Source: a virus (taxonomy: Duplodnaviria; Heunggongvirae; Uroviricota; Caudoviricetes). Taken from it: a stretch of 18,720 nt of DNA. Positions 1 to 7,673 of the stretch are shown here, in pieces; position 1 is the first letter of the stretch; each line of letters begins with the position of its first letter. Where the stretch lies: IMG/VR virus record IMGVR_UViG_638341086_000012, positions 1-18,720 of that record. One strand, written 5' to 3'. The translations under genes and the position numbers were made by a program. The notes under the pieces were generated by a model. The model saw nothing but the letters and a program-made list of their open reading frames with translations. It searched no databases and had not been told where the DNA came from.

Positions 1-141
1 TTACTGCTTACACTGTAAGAACGCCGCAAACTCCGCTCCCCAGAAGCTCATCCGTATTTCACACAGCGAACCGTGCAACATCCAGATGATGAGGATTGCC
101 GTCACGCAGAACGTGATGGCCGTAAGCGATTTTTGCGACAT
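1..141 (-). CDS. hok: Hok/Gef-family type I toxin (small membrane peptide), 46 aa, not in the ORF track because it is under 60 aa
   Basis: Minus-strand ORF from ATG at 141 to TAA at 3-1 translates to MSQKSLTAITFCVTAILIIWMLHGSLCEIRMSFWGAEFAAFLQCKQ. One N-terminal hydrophobic helix plus the SLCE(I/L) and AAF(L/M)xC signature recalled from HokA/Hok/Gef. Match is from memory, not a search. Confidence 0.7.
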   Translation of the reverse strand: MSQKSLTAITFCVTAILIIWMLHGSLCEIRMSFWGAEFAAFLQCKQ

Positions 142-331
142 AGCACTTGCTCCTTTTCCGGAGAGGCGCTAACCTTTCACTTGTCAAGGTAATGCGGTTA
201 GGGCCTCGGTTAAACAGAGATGTTTTCCGGGGCCTTTCCACATCTGGCCTTCGGGTATTCCCTCCGACCATCAGCCGAAAGGCACCCGCGCGTAATCTAT
301 CGCTTTTTTGTTGCTCCGGCAATTCTGCCTG

Positions 332-592
332 TTAATCCTGAGGTAAAGGCAAACTCATCTGATTGTTTCCCCTGTGTGAAGCTGGCAGCTCATGCCACGG
401 GATACCTTCTGAAGAGTGAACGCCGGAGGCGTGTTTCGATGTGAATTTATGGAAAGCTTCCAGTGTTGAGAAGCATACACCGCATTCCAGGTTGTTACAC
501 TGGTAATACTTTTGCCGCACGGTATTTGAATCATTTTCCGGACGACTGGTACGGATGCGGGCAGATGCGCCACAAAGCGGGCAACGGAACAT
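332..592 (-). CDS. ogr: Ogr/Delta-family zinc-finger late-gene transcriptional activator
   Basis: N-terminus MFRCPLCGASARIRTSR...YYQCNNLECGVCF parallels P2 Ogr (MFHCPLCQHAAHARTSR...CQNVNC) with the same four-Cys spacing. Lies downstream of gpD on the same strand, as in P2. Confidence 0.88.
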   Translation of the reverse strand: MFRCPLCGASARIRTSRPENDSNTVRQKYYQCNNLECGVCFSTLEAFHKFTSKHASGVHSSEGIPWHELPASHRGNNQMSLPLPQD

Positions 593-786
593 AGCGACCT
601 CCCTTAACGCAGTGCTGATGTTATTCTAGGTCGTGCTGGCTATAATTCCAACTAACACTTCGTTTTAAGCGAATAGCAGATAGTCGAGTTATCATGTTAT
701 TAGCCAATAAATATACGTGGTAAAAGCTCTTTCTTCGATTTAAAATGTATCTGGATAGTAAATATCTTACGTTAAAGGAAATTGTT

Positions 787-1107
787 ATGGATTTTTTATC
801 TTCGGCGATACTTTCTGGCATAGTTTATGACATGCTTAAACATCATGTTTCGATTACTGCAACTTCAATAAAAGAAAAGTTAAAAAATTGGGTTATTGAT
901 GAGGCTGTAGCCCCTGCTTTAGCTAAAGAGCTTGAAAAACTGTCTTTGAACGATGAAATGAGTGAAATAGCAATTGAAAGAAAACTATTGGATAGTAGTG
1001 AAATTCAAAAAATACTCTCGTCTATAAAACCTCATGCAGCAACTGTCATTATTCAAAACCATAGTGGCACTGGTGATAATATTGGTGGAAATAAAATTAC
1101 GAGGTAG
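787..1107 (+). CDS. Hypothetical small protein (about 106 aa), first gene of the AT-rich cargo operon; no recognisable family
   Basis: ORF-track frame 745..1107. ATG at 787 is preferred because AAGGA at 775-779 sits 7 nt upstream; ATG at 745 has no SD. Very AT-rich relative to flanking phage genes. C-terminal motif IQNHSGTGDNIGGNKI recurs at the N-terminus of the next gene. Confidence 0.5.
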   Translation: MDFLSSAILSGIVYDMLKHHVSITATSIKEKLKNWVIDEAVAPALAKELEKLSLNDEMSEIAIERKLLDSSEIQKILSSIKPHAATVIIQNHSGTGDNIGGNKITR

Positions 1108-1112
1108 TGTCT

Positions 1113-3905
1113 ATGGATAACATTCATAGCTGCAGTTCAATTAGTCAAAATCATACCGGAACAGGCCATAATGTTGCTGGTAACTTAATTATATACAATA
1201 GTGATAATGTTGATTATGCGACTGAGTTAGCGATTGCTGTTTTAGTCGGTTGCTGGGATGAAAAAAATAATGGTGATATTGATATAATTACAAGCCTTAT
1301 TGGCGAGTCATATGACAGTTGGATTCGAAAATTAAGAATAATTGAAGGGATGCAAGATAGTCCTTTGATTCATGAGAGAGGTTCTTGGAGTTTTAAAGAT
1401 AGAATACAATCATTTCAAACGGTATCGTCAAGATTATTCGATGATCATTTGGATTTGTTTCGGACGACTGTTGTATCCGTTTTTAAAACTATCGACCCAC
1501 AATTTGAACTGGCACCTGAAGAGCGTTATGCAGCAGTAATTTATGGGAAGGTTTTACCACACAGCCGATTAATAAGGAAAGGACTATCCGAAGGGTTGGC
1601 ATTAGTTGCAACAAAGCAAGAGTTACTTACTAATTGCTCAAAATATAAAGGGCAATATTGCGCCTCAAGTGTGGTTAAAGAGGTTTTTTCGGCTTCTAGC
1701 TGGCAATTATGGGCTAGTACGCAAGATATTCAAGTTATGCTTGCGGAAAGTGCTCCTGACTGTTTTATCGACGAAGTGGAAAATGCTGCATCTCACCAAG
1801 ACAAGCCATTTGATTCACTTTTTGCACAGGAAGGTATCGGTGGTATTTCAGGTCGGAATTATATGACAGGACTGCTATGGGCTATTGAAGGATTAGCTTG
1901 GGCGCCTAACTATTTATCTCGCTCTTTAGTAATATTAGGGGAGCTGGATAGCCATGATCCTGGTGGCAATTGGGCTAACAGGCCACTTAACTCGATAATC
2001 AACATATTGTTACCATGGCTTCCTCATACTACAGCTGATATAGATAGACGTATTGCTGCTTTCAACGCATTGGCAAGGGAGTGGCCCGATACAGCATGGC
2101 GTGTTTTAGTTCAGTTGCTACCCAACAACACGCAAGTAACATCTGGCACACATATTCCAACTTTTAGAAACTTTATTCCTAACGGTTTTAATAAAAGGCC
2201 ATCGGGTGATGAGTACCGTACTCAGATTGAAATATACACTCAATTAACAATTGAATTGGCAAGTAAATCATCATTAAGACTTGTTGATTTAGTTGAAAAT
2301 ATTGGTAGATTAGCGCCATTTAAATTCGATGATGCAATTAAACTATTGTATGATTTTTCTAAAAAAACAGATAGTGCTGAATTGAAGTTAGCGGTGTGGG
2401 AAAAATGTTTAGAAGTTTATAACAAAAACAAAAGATTCTCAGGTGCTTATTGGGCAATGCAACCAGAACAAAATGAAAAAATCAAAGATGTTTCTACAGT
2501 CTTGAAGCCCGAAAATCCTATGCTTTATAGCAAGCGACTTTTTGCACAAAACAATTACTTCCTATTTGATGAAAATGGAAACTGGCGGGACCAAGAAGAA
2601 AGGTTGACAAAAGAACGAGGGCAATCAATATACGAAATATATGCTATTAATGGTATTGATGGAGTCTTAGAATTCTCTCTATCTATTGAAAGGCCTGAGT
2701 TTGTTGGTAGTAGCCTGGTCGCAGAAGATCTAGAAATTCCTTTAGATATACTGAAAAAACTTATTGTTAGTGATATTAAAAAGGAAAATTCTCTTGCTTC
2801 TGGTTATGTACAGGCTAAAAACTACAGAGAAGGAAAATCATGGGTGTTGACAGTTATTAATGACTGGAGTGCTCAAGAAAAGATTGCTTTTTTTCTTTTG
2901 TTACCGTTTAAAAAAGAAACATGGGATGCATTAAACGCTTCATTTGATGATTTTCCTTTCGAGTATTGGAAAAATACTCTTGTTAATGCATACAGCTGTG
3001 ATTCAACGGAAGAAATTTATTTTGCTATAGACTGCTTGATTAAAGTAGACCGTCCCTTGATGGCAATAGATTGTTTATCTAAAATTTTGCATATCGATAA
3101 TTCAGTTGATAGCAGTAAGGTTGTGCTTGCTCTATTGCAATCAATTAGAACCACAGAAAATATTGAGCGATTTGATATTCACTCATTTAATGAACTTGTG
3201 AATTATATTCAAAATGATAACACTGTTTCAGATGACGACTTAGTAAAGATTGAATGGGCATACCTACCTGTAATTAACAGGGGGGCTAATGATTCGTTGC
3301 ATCCTCAAGTATTAGAGAAAAAACTTGCAAGTGAACCCAGTTTTTTTTGTGAAGTCATTCAATATGCGTATCGATCAGAATTTCAAAAAGCAAGTAAAGA
3401 ACTATCTGAAAGTGAAATAAATATTGCCAAAAACTCACTCTATTTACTTGATGATTGGAAAAAGATTCCGGGTGTTGATGCTGAAGGCAAGTTTGATGTC
3501 AATGCGTTTAATAACTGGTTTGATTTTGTCCAAACAGAATGCGAAAAGTCAGGCCATTTAGATTTTGCTTATCATAGAATTGGAAGCATATTAATTTTTA
3601 GCCCTGCAAATGACGAGCATTGGATACTTCCAGAACTGGCCGAGTTTTTGAATAGACGTGAACTTGATAAAGTGCGTACTGGTTATAAGAATGCGATAAT
3701 AAATTCGCGTGGTGTCTACATTGTTGACCCAGAAGGTAAACCGGAATTGGAGTTGGCCCAACAATATCACACTAAGTCTGATGCAATGGAACTTCTAGGC
3801 TTTCATCGATTTGCCCGAATTCTTCGAGAGTTAGCTCATGAATACCAAGCGGAAGCTGAGTTGATAATAGAACAGCACAGTAAAAAAAAGATTGCTGAGA
3901 TTTAG
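1113..3905 (+). CDS. Large hypothetical protein (about 930 aa), AT-rich cargo; candidate accessory or defence protein of unknown family
   Basis: Uninterrupted 2.8-kb ORF (track 1107..3905; ATG at 1113 preceded by GAGG at 1101-1104). No Walker A, no obvious nuclease motif seen by eye. Sits between gpD and ogr, which are normally adjacent in P2, and on the opposite strand. Confidence 0.75.
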   Translation: MDNIHSCSSISQNHTGTGHNVAGNLIIYNSDNVDYATELAIAVLVGCWDEKNNGDIDIITSLIGESYDSWIRKLRIIEGMQDSPLIHERGSWSFKDRIQSFQTVSSRLFDDHLDLFRTTVVSVFKTIDPQFELAPEERYAAVIYGKVLPHSRLIRKGLSEGLALVATKQELLTNCSKYKGQYCASSVVKEVFSASSWQLWASTQDIQVMLAESAPDCFIDEVENAASHQDKPFDSLFAQEGIGGISGRNYMTGLLWAIEGLAWAPNYLSRSLVILGELDSHDPGGNWANRPLNSIINILLPWLPHTTADIDRRIAAFNALAREWPDTAWRVLVQLLPNNTQVTSGTHIPTFRNFIPNGFNKRPSGDEYRTQIEIYTQLTIELASKSSLRLVDLVENIGRLAPFKFDDAIKLLYDFSKKTDSAELKLAVWEKCLEVYNKNKRFSGAYWAMQPEQNEKIKDVSTVLKPENPMLYSKRLFAQNNYFLFDENGNWRDQEERLTKERGQSIYEIYAINGIDGVLEFSLSIERPEFVGSSLVAEDLEIPLDILKKLIVSDIKKENSLASGYVQAKNYREGKSWVLTVINDWSAQEKIAFFLLLPFKKETWDALNASFDDFPFEYWKNTLVNAYSCDSTEEIYFAIDCLIKVDRPLMAIDCLSKILHIDNSVDSSKVVLALLQSIRTTENIERFDIHSFNELVNYIQNDNTVSDDDLVKIEWAYLPVINRGANDSLHPQVLEKKLASEPSFFCEVIQYAYRSEFQKASKELSESEINIAKNSLYLLDDWKKIPGVDAEGKFDVNAFNNWFDFVQTECEKSGHLDFAYHRIGSILIFSPANDEHWILPELAEFLNRRELDKVRTGYKNAIINSRGVYIVDPEGKPELELAQQYHTKSDAMELLGFHRFARILRELAHEYQAEAELIIEQHSKKKIAEI

Positions 3906-4029
3906 TGTAGTGCTTGTAGTTTCGGAGAAATAAATCTTTGTTTATAAACATTTATAGTAACTACTGACATTGTTGCCGATTATAATTCGTCTTGGTGTAA
4001 GGCGGGTTACACTTGGCCAATCGGTGAAA

Positions 4030-4068
4030 GGCACAGAGCAAAACTCCAATTAGGTTTGCTTCTGTGCC
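4030..4068. terminator. Hairpin in the convergent intergenic region between the cargo operon and gpD; possible bidirectional terminator
   Basis: Inverted repeat GGCACAGAGCAAA (4030-4042) and TTTGCTTCTGTGCC (4055-4068), 13-bp stem with a one-base bulge and 12-nt loop. No strong T-tract on either side. Confidence 0.3.
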
Positions 4069-4115
4069 GTACGTAAGCATGCTAGCCCGTGTCTGAACTA
4101 ATGCATCCCAGTTGC

Positions 4116-5225
4116 TCACTCTGTTTCCGCTATCCATTCCGGGATTTTTGCCTCAAGCTCAAGCTGCGTGGTAAAACCGCTGTTATCAATGGTGTGCTCG
4201 GCTTTTGCAATAATCCAGTCCTGATTATCAATCTCGCTTTTAAATCCTGTTACCGTGCCATGCATTTCGGGGTAGAGTTCTGCACGTCCACGCGCCAGCG
4301 TGATGGAGAATGATGTGGCTCCGCGTTGTAGCTGCTGCCACTTTGCCGCCGCAGCGCGTCTTGCTGCCTGCTCGTTCTGATAAGTCTTGCGTAACACAAA
4401 CACATTTCCTTCCGCGCCTTCCATATAATCACCTTCACGGCTGCTGCTTTTCTCCTTTTTGGGTTTTGGCGGTTTGCGGCGTTTCACGCTGACTTTTTTC
4501 TTTTTCCCGTAATTAAGATCAAGCCAGTAGGCGCGTACCCCCGTATACGCCTCGCGGTCAGCAATACGGAACTGATGGCGATCGCCGCTGCTGCGTGTAA
4601 TGGCGAACGAGGGCAACGGCTGGCCCTGTGCGTTCACGCCACCACCTGGCATGATGAATAACAGATTGCCGCTTTTTACGGTGGTGATTGCGCCCAGCAT
4701 TTCCGCCATGCGCGTAAGAAAGGACATGTCGCTTTCTTCGGTCTGGTCGGCGTGGTCGATTTCGATATCCATCAGCATTTCGCTGATTTGCGGTTTCAGA
4801 CCATACCGATGAGCGATGGCGGATACCACACGCTCAACGGTCACATCATGCCAGGACACCTCACGTTTAACGTTAAATTCATCCCGAAAATCTGCGCTTC
4901 TGGCTGAAACAGTCAGCCTGTCCGGCGGTCCTTCGTGAGCGATTTCATCAACAATGTAAGTGCCTTTTTCTGTCAGCGGTTCTCCTTTCCAGCCAATGAG
5001 AACCGTCAGGCGCGCGCCCCGTGGCGGTAGCTGCAACTGACCATCTGCATCATCCAGCGTGATGGTGAGCTGGTCTGCTTCAAATCCCCGGTTGTCGGTC
5101 AGTGACAGGCTCATCAGGCGCTCTGCCACGCCTGACAGCGTTTTACCCTCCGCGAGAATATCAAAATCCGGCATTTTCACGGGGTCTGTGCCCTGACTGA
5201 GCAATTGCATGGTGGTGTCGGTCAT
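4116..5225 (-). CDS. D: P2 gpD-like late control / tail protein
   Basis: Translation (MPDFDILAEGKTLSGVAERLMSLSLTDNRGFEADQLTITLDDADGQ..., RLTVSARSADFR) matches P2 gpD as recalled. Start placed at ATG 5225 (MTDTTMQ...) because GGGAGGG lies 5-6 nt upstream; the ORF-track start at 5357 is an upstream extension. Confidence 0.88.
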   Translation of the reverse strand: MTDTTMQLLSQGTDPVKMPDFDILAEGKTLSGVAERLMSLSLTDNRGFEADQLTITLDDADGQLQLPPRGARLTVLIGWKGEPLTEKGTYIVDEIAHEGPPDRLTVSARSADFRDEFNVKREVSWHDVTVERVVSAIAHRYGLKPQISEMLMDIEIDHADQTEESDMSFLTRMAEMLGAITTVKSGNLLFIMPGGGVNAQGQPLPSFAITRSSGDRHQFRIADREAYTGVRAYWLDLNYGKKKKVSVKRRKPPKPKKEKSSSREGDYMEGAEGNVFVLRKTYQNEQAARRAAAAKWQQLQRGATSFSITLARGRAELYPEMHGTVTGFKSEIDNQDWIIAKAEHTIDNSGFTTQLELEAKIPEWIAETE

Positions 5226-5382
5226 CTGTTCCCTCCCTGTGCGGCATGGTCGCATGTGCGTGCAGAGGGGGGTACTGCTTTTTGTTGTCGCCGTGGCGGG
5301 AGAATGGCGCAGGAGTGAGATTACACGCGTGGTGGGTGATGATTGTTGCCGAATCATTTAACGGATACAAGGGGCTGAAGCT

Positions 5383-6567
5383 ATGAGTGAAACTCGTTTT
5401 CATGGTGCCCGTGTTACGGAAAATACCGACCTGGTAACAGCGATTAACGATGTTGATTCCAGCGTTATCGGTATCGTGGCAACGGCGGATGATGCGGACG
5501 CGAAGCTGTTCCCGCTGAACAAGCCCACACTGCTGACCCGCGTCAATGACGTGCTGGGAAAATGCGGGACAACGGGGACGCTTTATCGTGCGCTTAAGGC
5601 CATCGCAGACCAGGTGAGCACAAAGGTGATCGTCGTTCGCGTGGCTGAACACAAAGAAGAAGACGGAAAGACGCAGGATCAACTGGTTATCGGTGGTTCT
5701 GAGGATGACGGCAGCTATACGGGGATGTATGCGCTGCTTGTTGCAGAGCAGGATGAAAGCATCGGATACCGTCCGCGTATTCTGGCCGCGCCGGAGCTGG
5801 ACACGGAGGCTGTAACAAAATCCCTGTGCGTGATTGCAGGTAAACTGCGCGCGTTTGTGTATGCCTCATGTCACGGCTGTAACACGATGGCTGAGGCGAG
5901 TACCTACCGCCAGAAATTCAACGAACGTGAGGTGATGCTCTTATGGCCGGACTTCATCGCCTACAACCCAAAAAGTGGCAAAAACGAAACGTTCCCCGCG
6001 CCTGCCTATGCGTGCGGCCTTCGTGCGTACATTGACCATGAGCAGGGCTGGCACAAATCACTGTCCAACGTTCCGGTTAAAAATGTGCTGGGGATGTCGA
6101 GGCATGTGTTCTGGTCGTTGCAGGCCGAAGACAGCGATGCCAACAGCCTCAACAACAAAGAAATCACGACCATTATTCGTCGCAACGGGTTCCGCTTCTG
6201 GGGCAACCGCACACCGGAAACGAACGCCTACATCTTTGAGGTGTATACCCGAACCGCACAGGTGCTGGCTGATTCAATTGCGGAAGCGCAGTTTGAAACC
6301 ATCGACAGTCCACTGACGCCTGCGAACGTGAAGGATGTTATCAGTGCCATCAGGGCAAAACTGGATTCACTGGTTACTGCCGGGAAACTGATTGGCGCGG
6401 AGTGCTGGTATGACGTGGTGGATAACAGCACCACGAATTTATGTCAGGGGCGTGTGCGTATTCGCTACAAATATACGCCTGTTCCCCCGCTGGAAGATAT
6501 GGAGCTTTACCAGACGTTTACTGATGAATACTTTGAACCCGCATTTGCGGTGCTGGGAGGTGCCTGA
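5383..6567 (+). CDS. FI: Contractile tail sheath protein (P2 FI-like)
   Basis: 394-aa product with P2 FI-like blocks (FPLNKP, LRAF, YRQ, WPDF, DQEQGWHKSLSNV, IRRNGFRFWGNRT, YTPVPPLE). AAGGGG SD 8 nt before the ATG. Confidence 0.95.
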   Translation: MSETRFHGARVTENTDLVTAINDVDSSVIGIVATADDADAKLFPLNKPTLLTRVNDVLGKCGTTGTLYRALKAIADQVSTKVIVVRVAEHKEEDGKTQDQLVIGGSEDDGSYTGMYALLVAEQDESIGYRPRILAAPELDTEAVTKSLCVIAGKLRAFVYASCHGCNTMAEASTYRQKFNEREVMLLWPDFIAYNPKSGKNETFPAPAYACGLRAYIDHEQGWHKSLSNVPVKNVLGMSRHVFWSLQAEDSDANSLNNKEITTIIRRNGFRFWGNRTPETNAYIFEVYTRTAQVLADSIAEAQFETIDSPLTPANVKDVISAIRAKLDSLVTAGKLIGAECWYDVVDNSTTNLCQGRVRIRYKYTPVPPLEDMELYQTFTDEYFEPAFAVLGGA

Positions 6568-7079
6568 TGGCTGTGCCAAAACATCTTCGCTTTTTTACGC
6601 TGTTTGTGGATGGTGAAAACGAAGTGGGTAAGGTGACGTCCGTCACTCTGCCTAAGCTGACGCGCAAAACCGACAGCTACCGGGGTGGTGGCATGATGGG
6701 GGCGGTAAGTATTGATCTCGGTCTGGACGACTCCGCGCTTGATGCGAGTTTTGTTATGGGGGGAGCTGTTCGTGCGCTGTTCCTTAAATATGGCGGCACG
6801 ATTGACGGCACGCTGCTGCGTTTTGCGGGTGAATACTACACCGATGCAGAAAGCGATCTGTATGAAATCGAGATGCGCGGACGTGTGACGGAAATTGATA
6901 TGGGGGAAGCCAAACAGGGCGAAGCCACATCACACACTTACGCTGTCAAAAACACCTACTACAAGCTGAGCGTTAACGATCGCCCGCTGTGGGAAATCGA
7001 CCTGTTGAACCACATCTACCGGAAGGACGGCAAGGACATTGTGCCTGACCGTATCCGTTCCGCGCTTGGGCTTGGCTGA
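6567..7079 (+). CDS. FII: Tail tube protein (P2 FII-like)
   Basis: 170 aa; TLPKLTRKTDSYRGGGMMGAVSIDLG matches the P2 FII N-terminus. Start overlaps the FI stop (TGATG), and GGGAGG lies 8 nt upstream. Confidence 0.95.
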   Translation: MAVPKHLRFFTLFVDGENEVGKVTSVTLPKLTRKTDSYRGGGMMGAVSIDLGLDDSALDASFVMGGAVRALFLKYGGTIDGTLLRFAGEYYTDAESDLYEIEMRGRVTEIDMGEAKQGEATSHTYAVKNTYYKLSVNDRPLWEIDLLNHIYRKDGKDIVPDRIRSALGLG

Positions 7080-7134
7080 TAAGTAATATGCAGGCGGCGC
7101 AGTGCGTCGCCTCTGACTGAAAAGGAGACAACTG

Positions 7135-7509
7135 ATGAAAGACATCGATACTGAAACCCGGAATAACACCGTGGCGGATGATGTGACGGCAGGTGAGGAT
7201 ATGGCTGTCGAACGTGGCGTAAAACTGACCCGACCAATTGAGCGTGGTGGCGAAAAAATCACGTATGTGGAGATCACCGGGGCTATTGAACAGGCTGGAT
7301 CCCTGCGTGGTCTGTCGCTGTCTGATGTGCTGAATCTGAAAGCGGATACCATGTTCATGCTGTTGCCTCGCGTGACCTCGCCACGACTGGATGAAGTGAT
7401 GATTAAAAAAATGTCGTCACGCGATTTTATTCAGTTGTGCGCTGTGGCTGTAAATTTTATGAGCGAGCCAGACTCTGGCGCGAAGAGCGTGCAGGAGACG
7501 GCAGCGTAA
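7135..7509 (+). CDS. E: Tail assembly chaperone gpE-like (upstream frame of the E/E' pair)
   Basis: Position between tube and tape-measure genes; AAGGAG SD 7 nt upstream of ATG 7135; a -1 frame ORF overlaps its 3' end, as in P2 E/E' and lambda G/GT. Confidence 0.8.
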   Translation: MKDIDTETRNNTVADDVTAGEDMAVERGVKLTRPIERGGEKITYVEITGAIEQAGSLRGLSLSDVLNLKADTMFMLLPRVTSPRLDEVMIKKMSSRDFIQLCAVAVNFMSEPDSGAKSVQETAA

Positions 7510-7673
7510 TCACCCTAGTGTGCTTTGAGCACATCGAAGATCTGGTGGCAGATATCGCCGCCATTTTTAACTGGTCGCCCGCCGAAATCTTCATGATGAC
7601 GCCCGGCGAAGTGGTTAGCTGGCGTGAGCGGGCGGCACTTCGCAGCGGGAATGCAGACAATGAAGACTCTTGA
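7135..7673 (+). CDS. E+E': gpE+E' fusion made by programmed -1 ribosomal frameshift (coordinates span both frames)
   Basis: The -1 frame is open from 7407 to the stop at 7671-7673 and encodes ...HIEDLVADIAAIFNWSPAEIFMMTPGEVVSWRERAALRSG. Candidate slippery sites in the overlap are the A7 run at 7405-7411 and A AAT TTT at 7452-7458. Confidence 0.65.

Noticed and set aside
59-322. 87-aa minus-strand ORF overlapping the hok-like gene in another frame (possible mok)
   Set aside because: Not called as a CDS: basic low-complexity translation, and it ends 58 nt before the hok stop, unlike R1 mok. Kept only as a possible coupling frame under the hok finding.
601-786. Promoter for the AT-rich cargo operon (TATAAT at 641-646)
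   Set aside because: A perfect -10 hexamer is present but no convincing -35 at 16-18 bp spacing; in AT-rich DNA such hexamers occur by chance, so no promoter feature is annotated.
1606-1866. 86-aa plus-strand ORF in an alternative frame inside the large cargo gene
   Set aside because: Fully embedded in the 2.8-kb ORF in another frame; an AT-rich chance ORF.
3906-4115. Convergent intergenic region checked for a tRNA gene or attachment site
   Set aside because: Only a single hairpin seen; no cloverleaf-like set of stems or conserved tRNA boxes recognisable by eye.
5226-5382. Search for an Ogr-type TGT-N12-ACA late-promoter dyad in the D/FI divergent region
   Set aside because: No exact TGT-N12-ACA found on reading this interval by eye; the late promoters may use a degenerate site or lie elsewhere, so none is annotated.
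5161-5682. 173-aa minus-strand ORF spanning the D/FI divergent region
   Set aside because: Runs antisense through the start of sheath gene FI and overlaps the gpD 5' region; no SD and no recognisable product. Treated as a chance ORF.
6930-7358. 142-aa minus-strand ORF overlapping the FII 3' end and E
   Set aside because: Antisense to two well-supported tail genes; no independent support.
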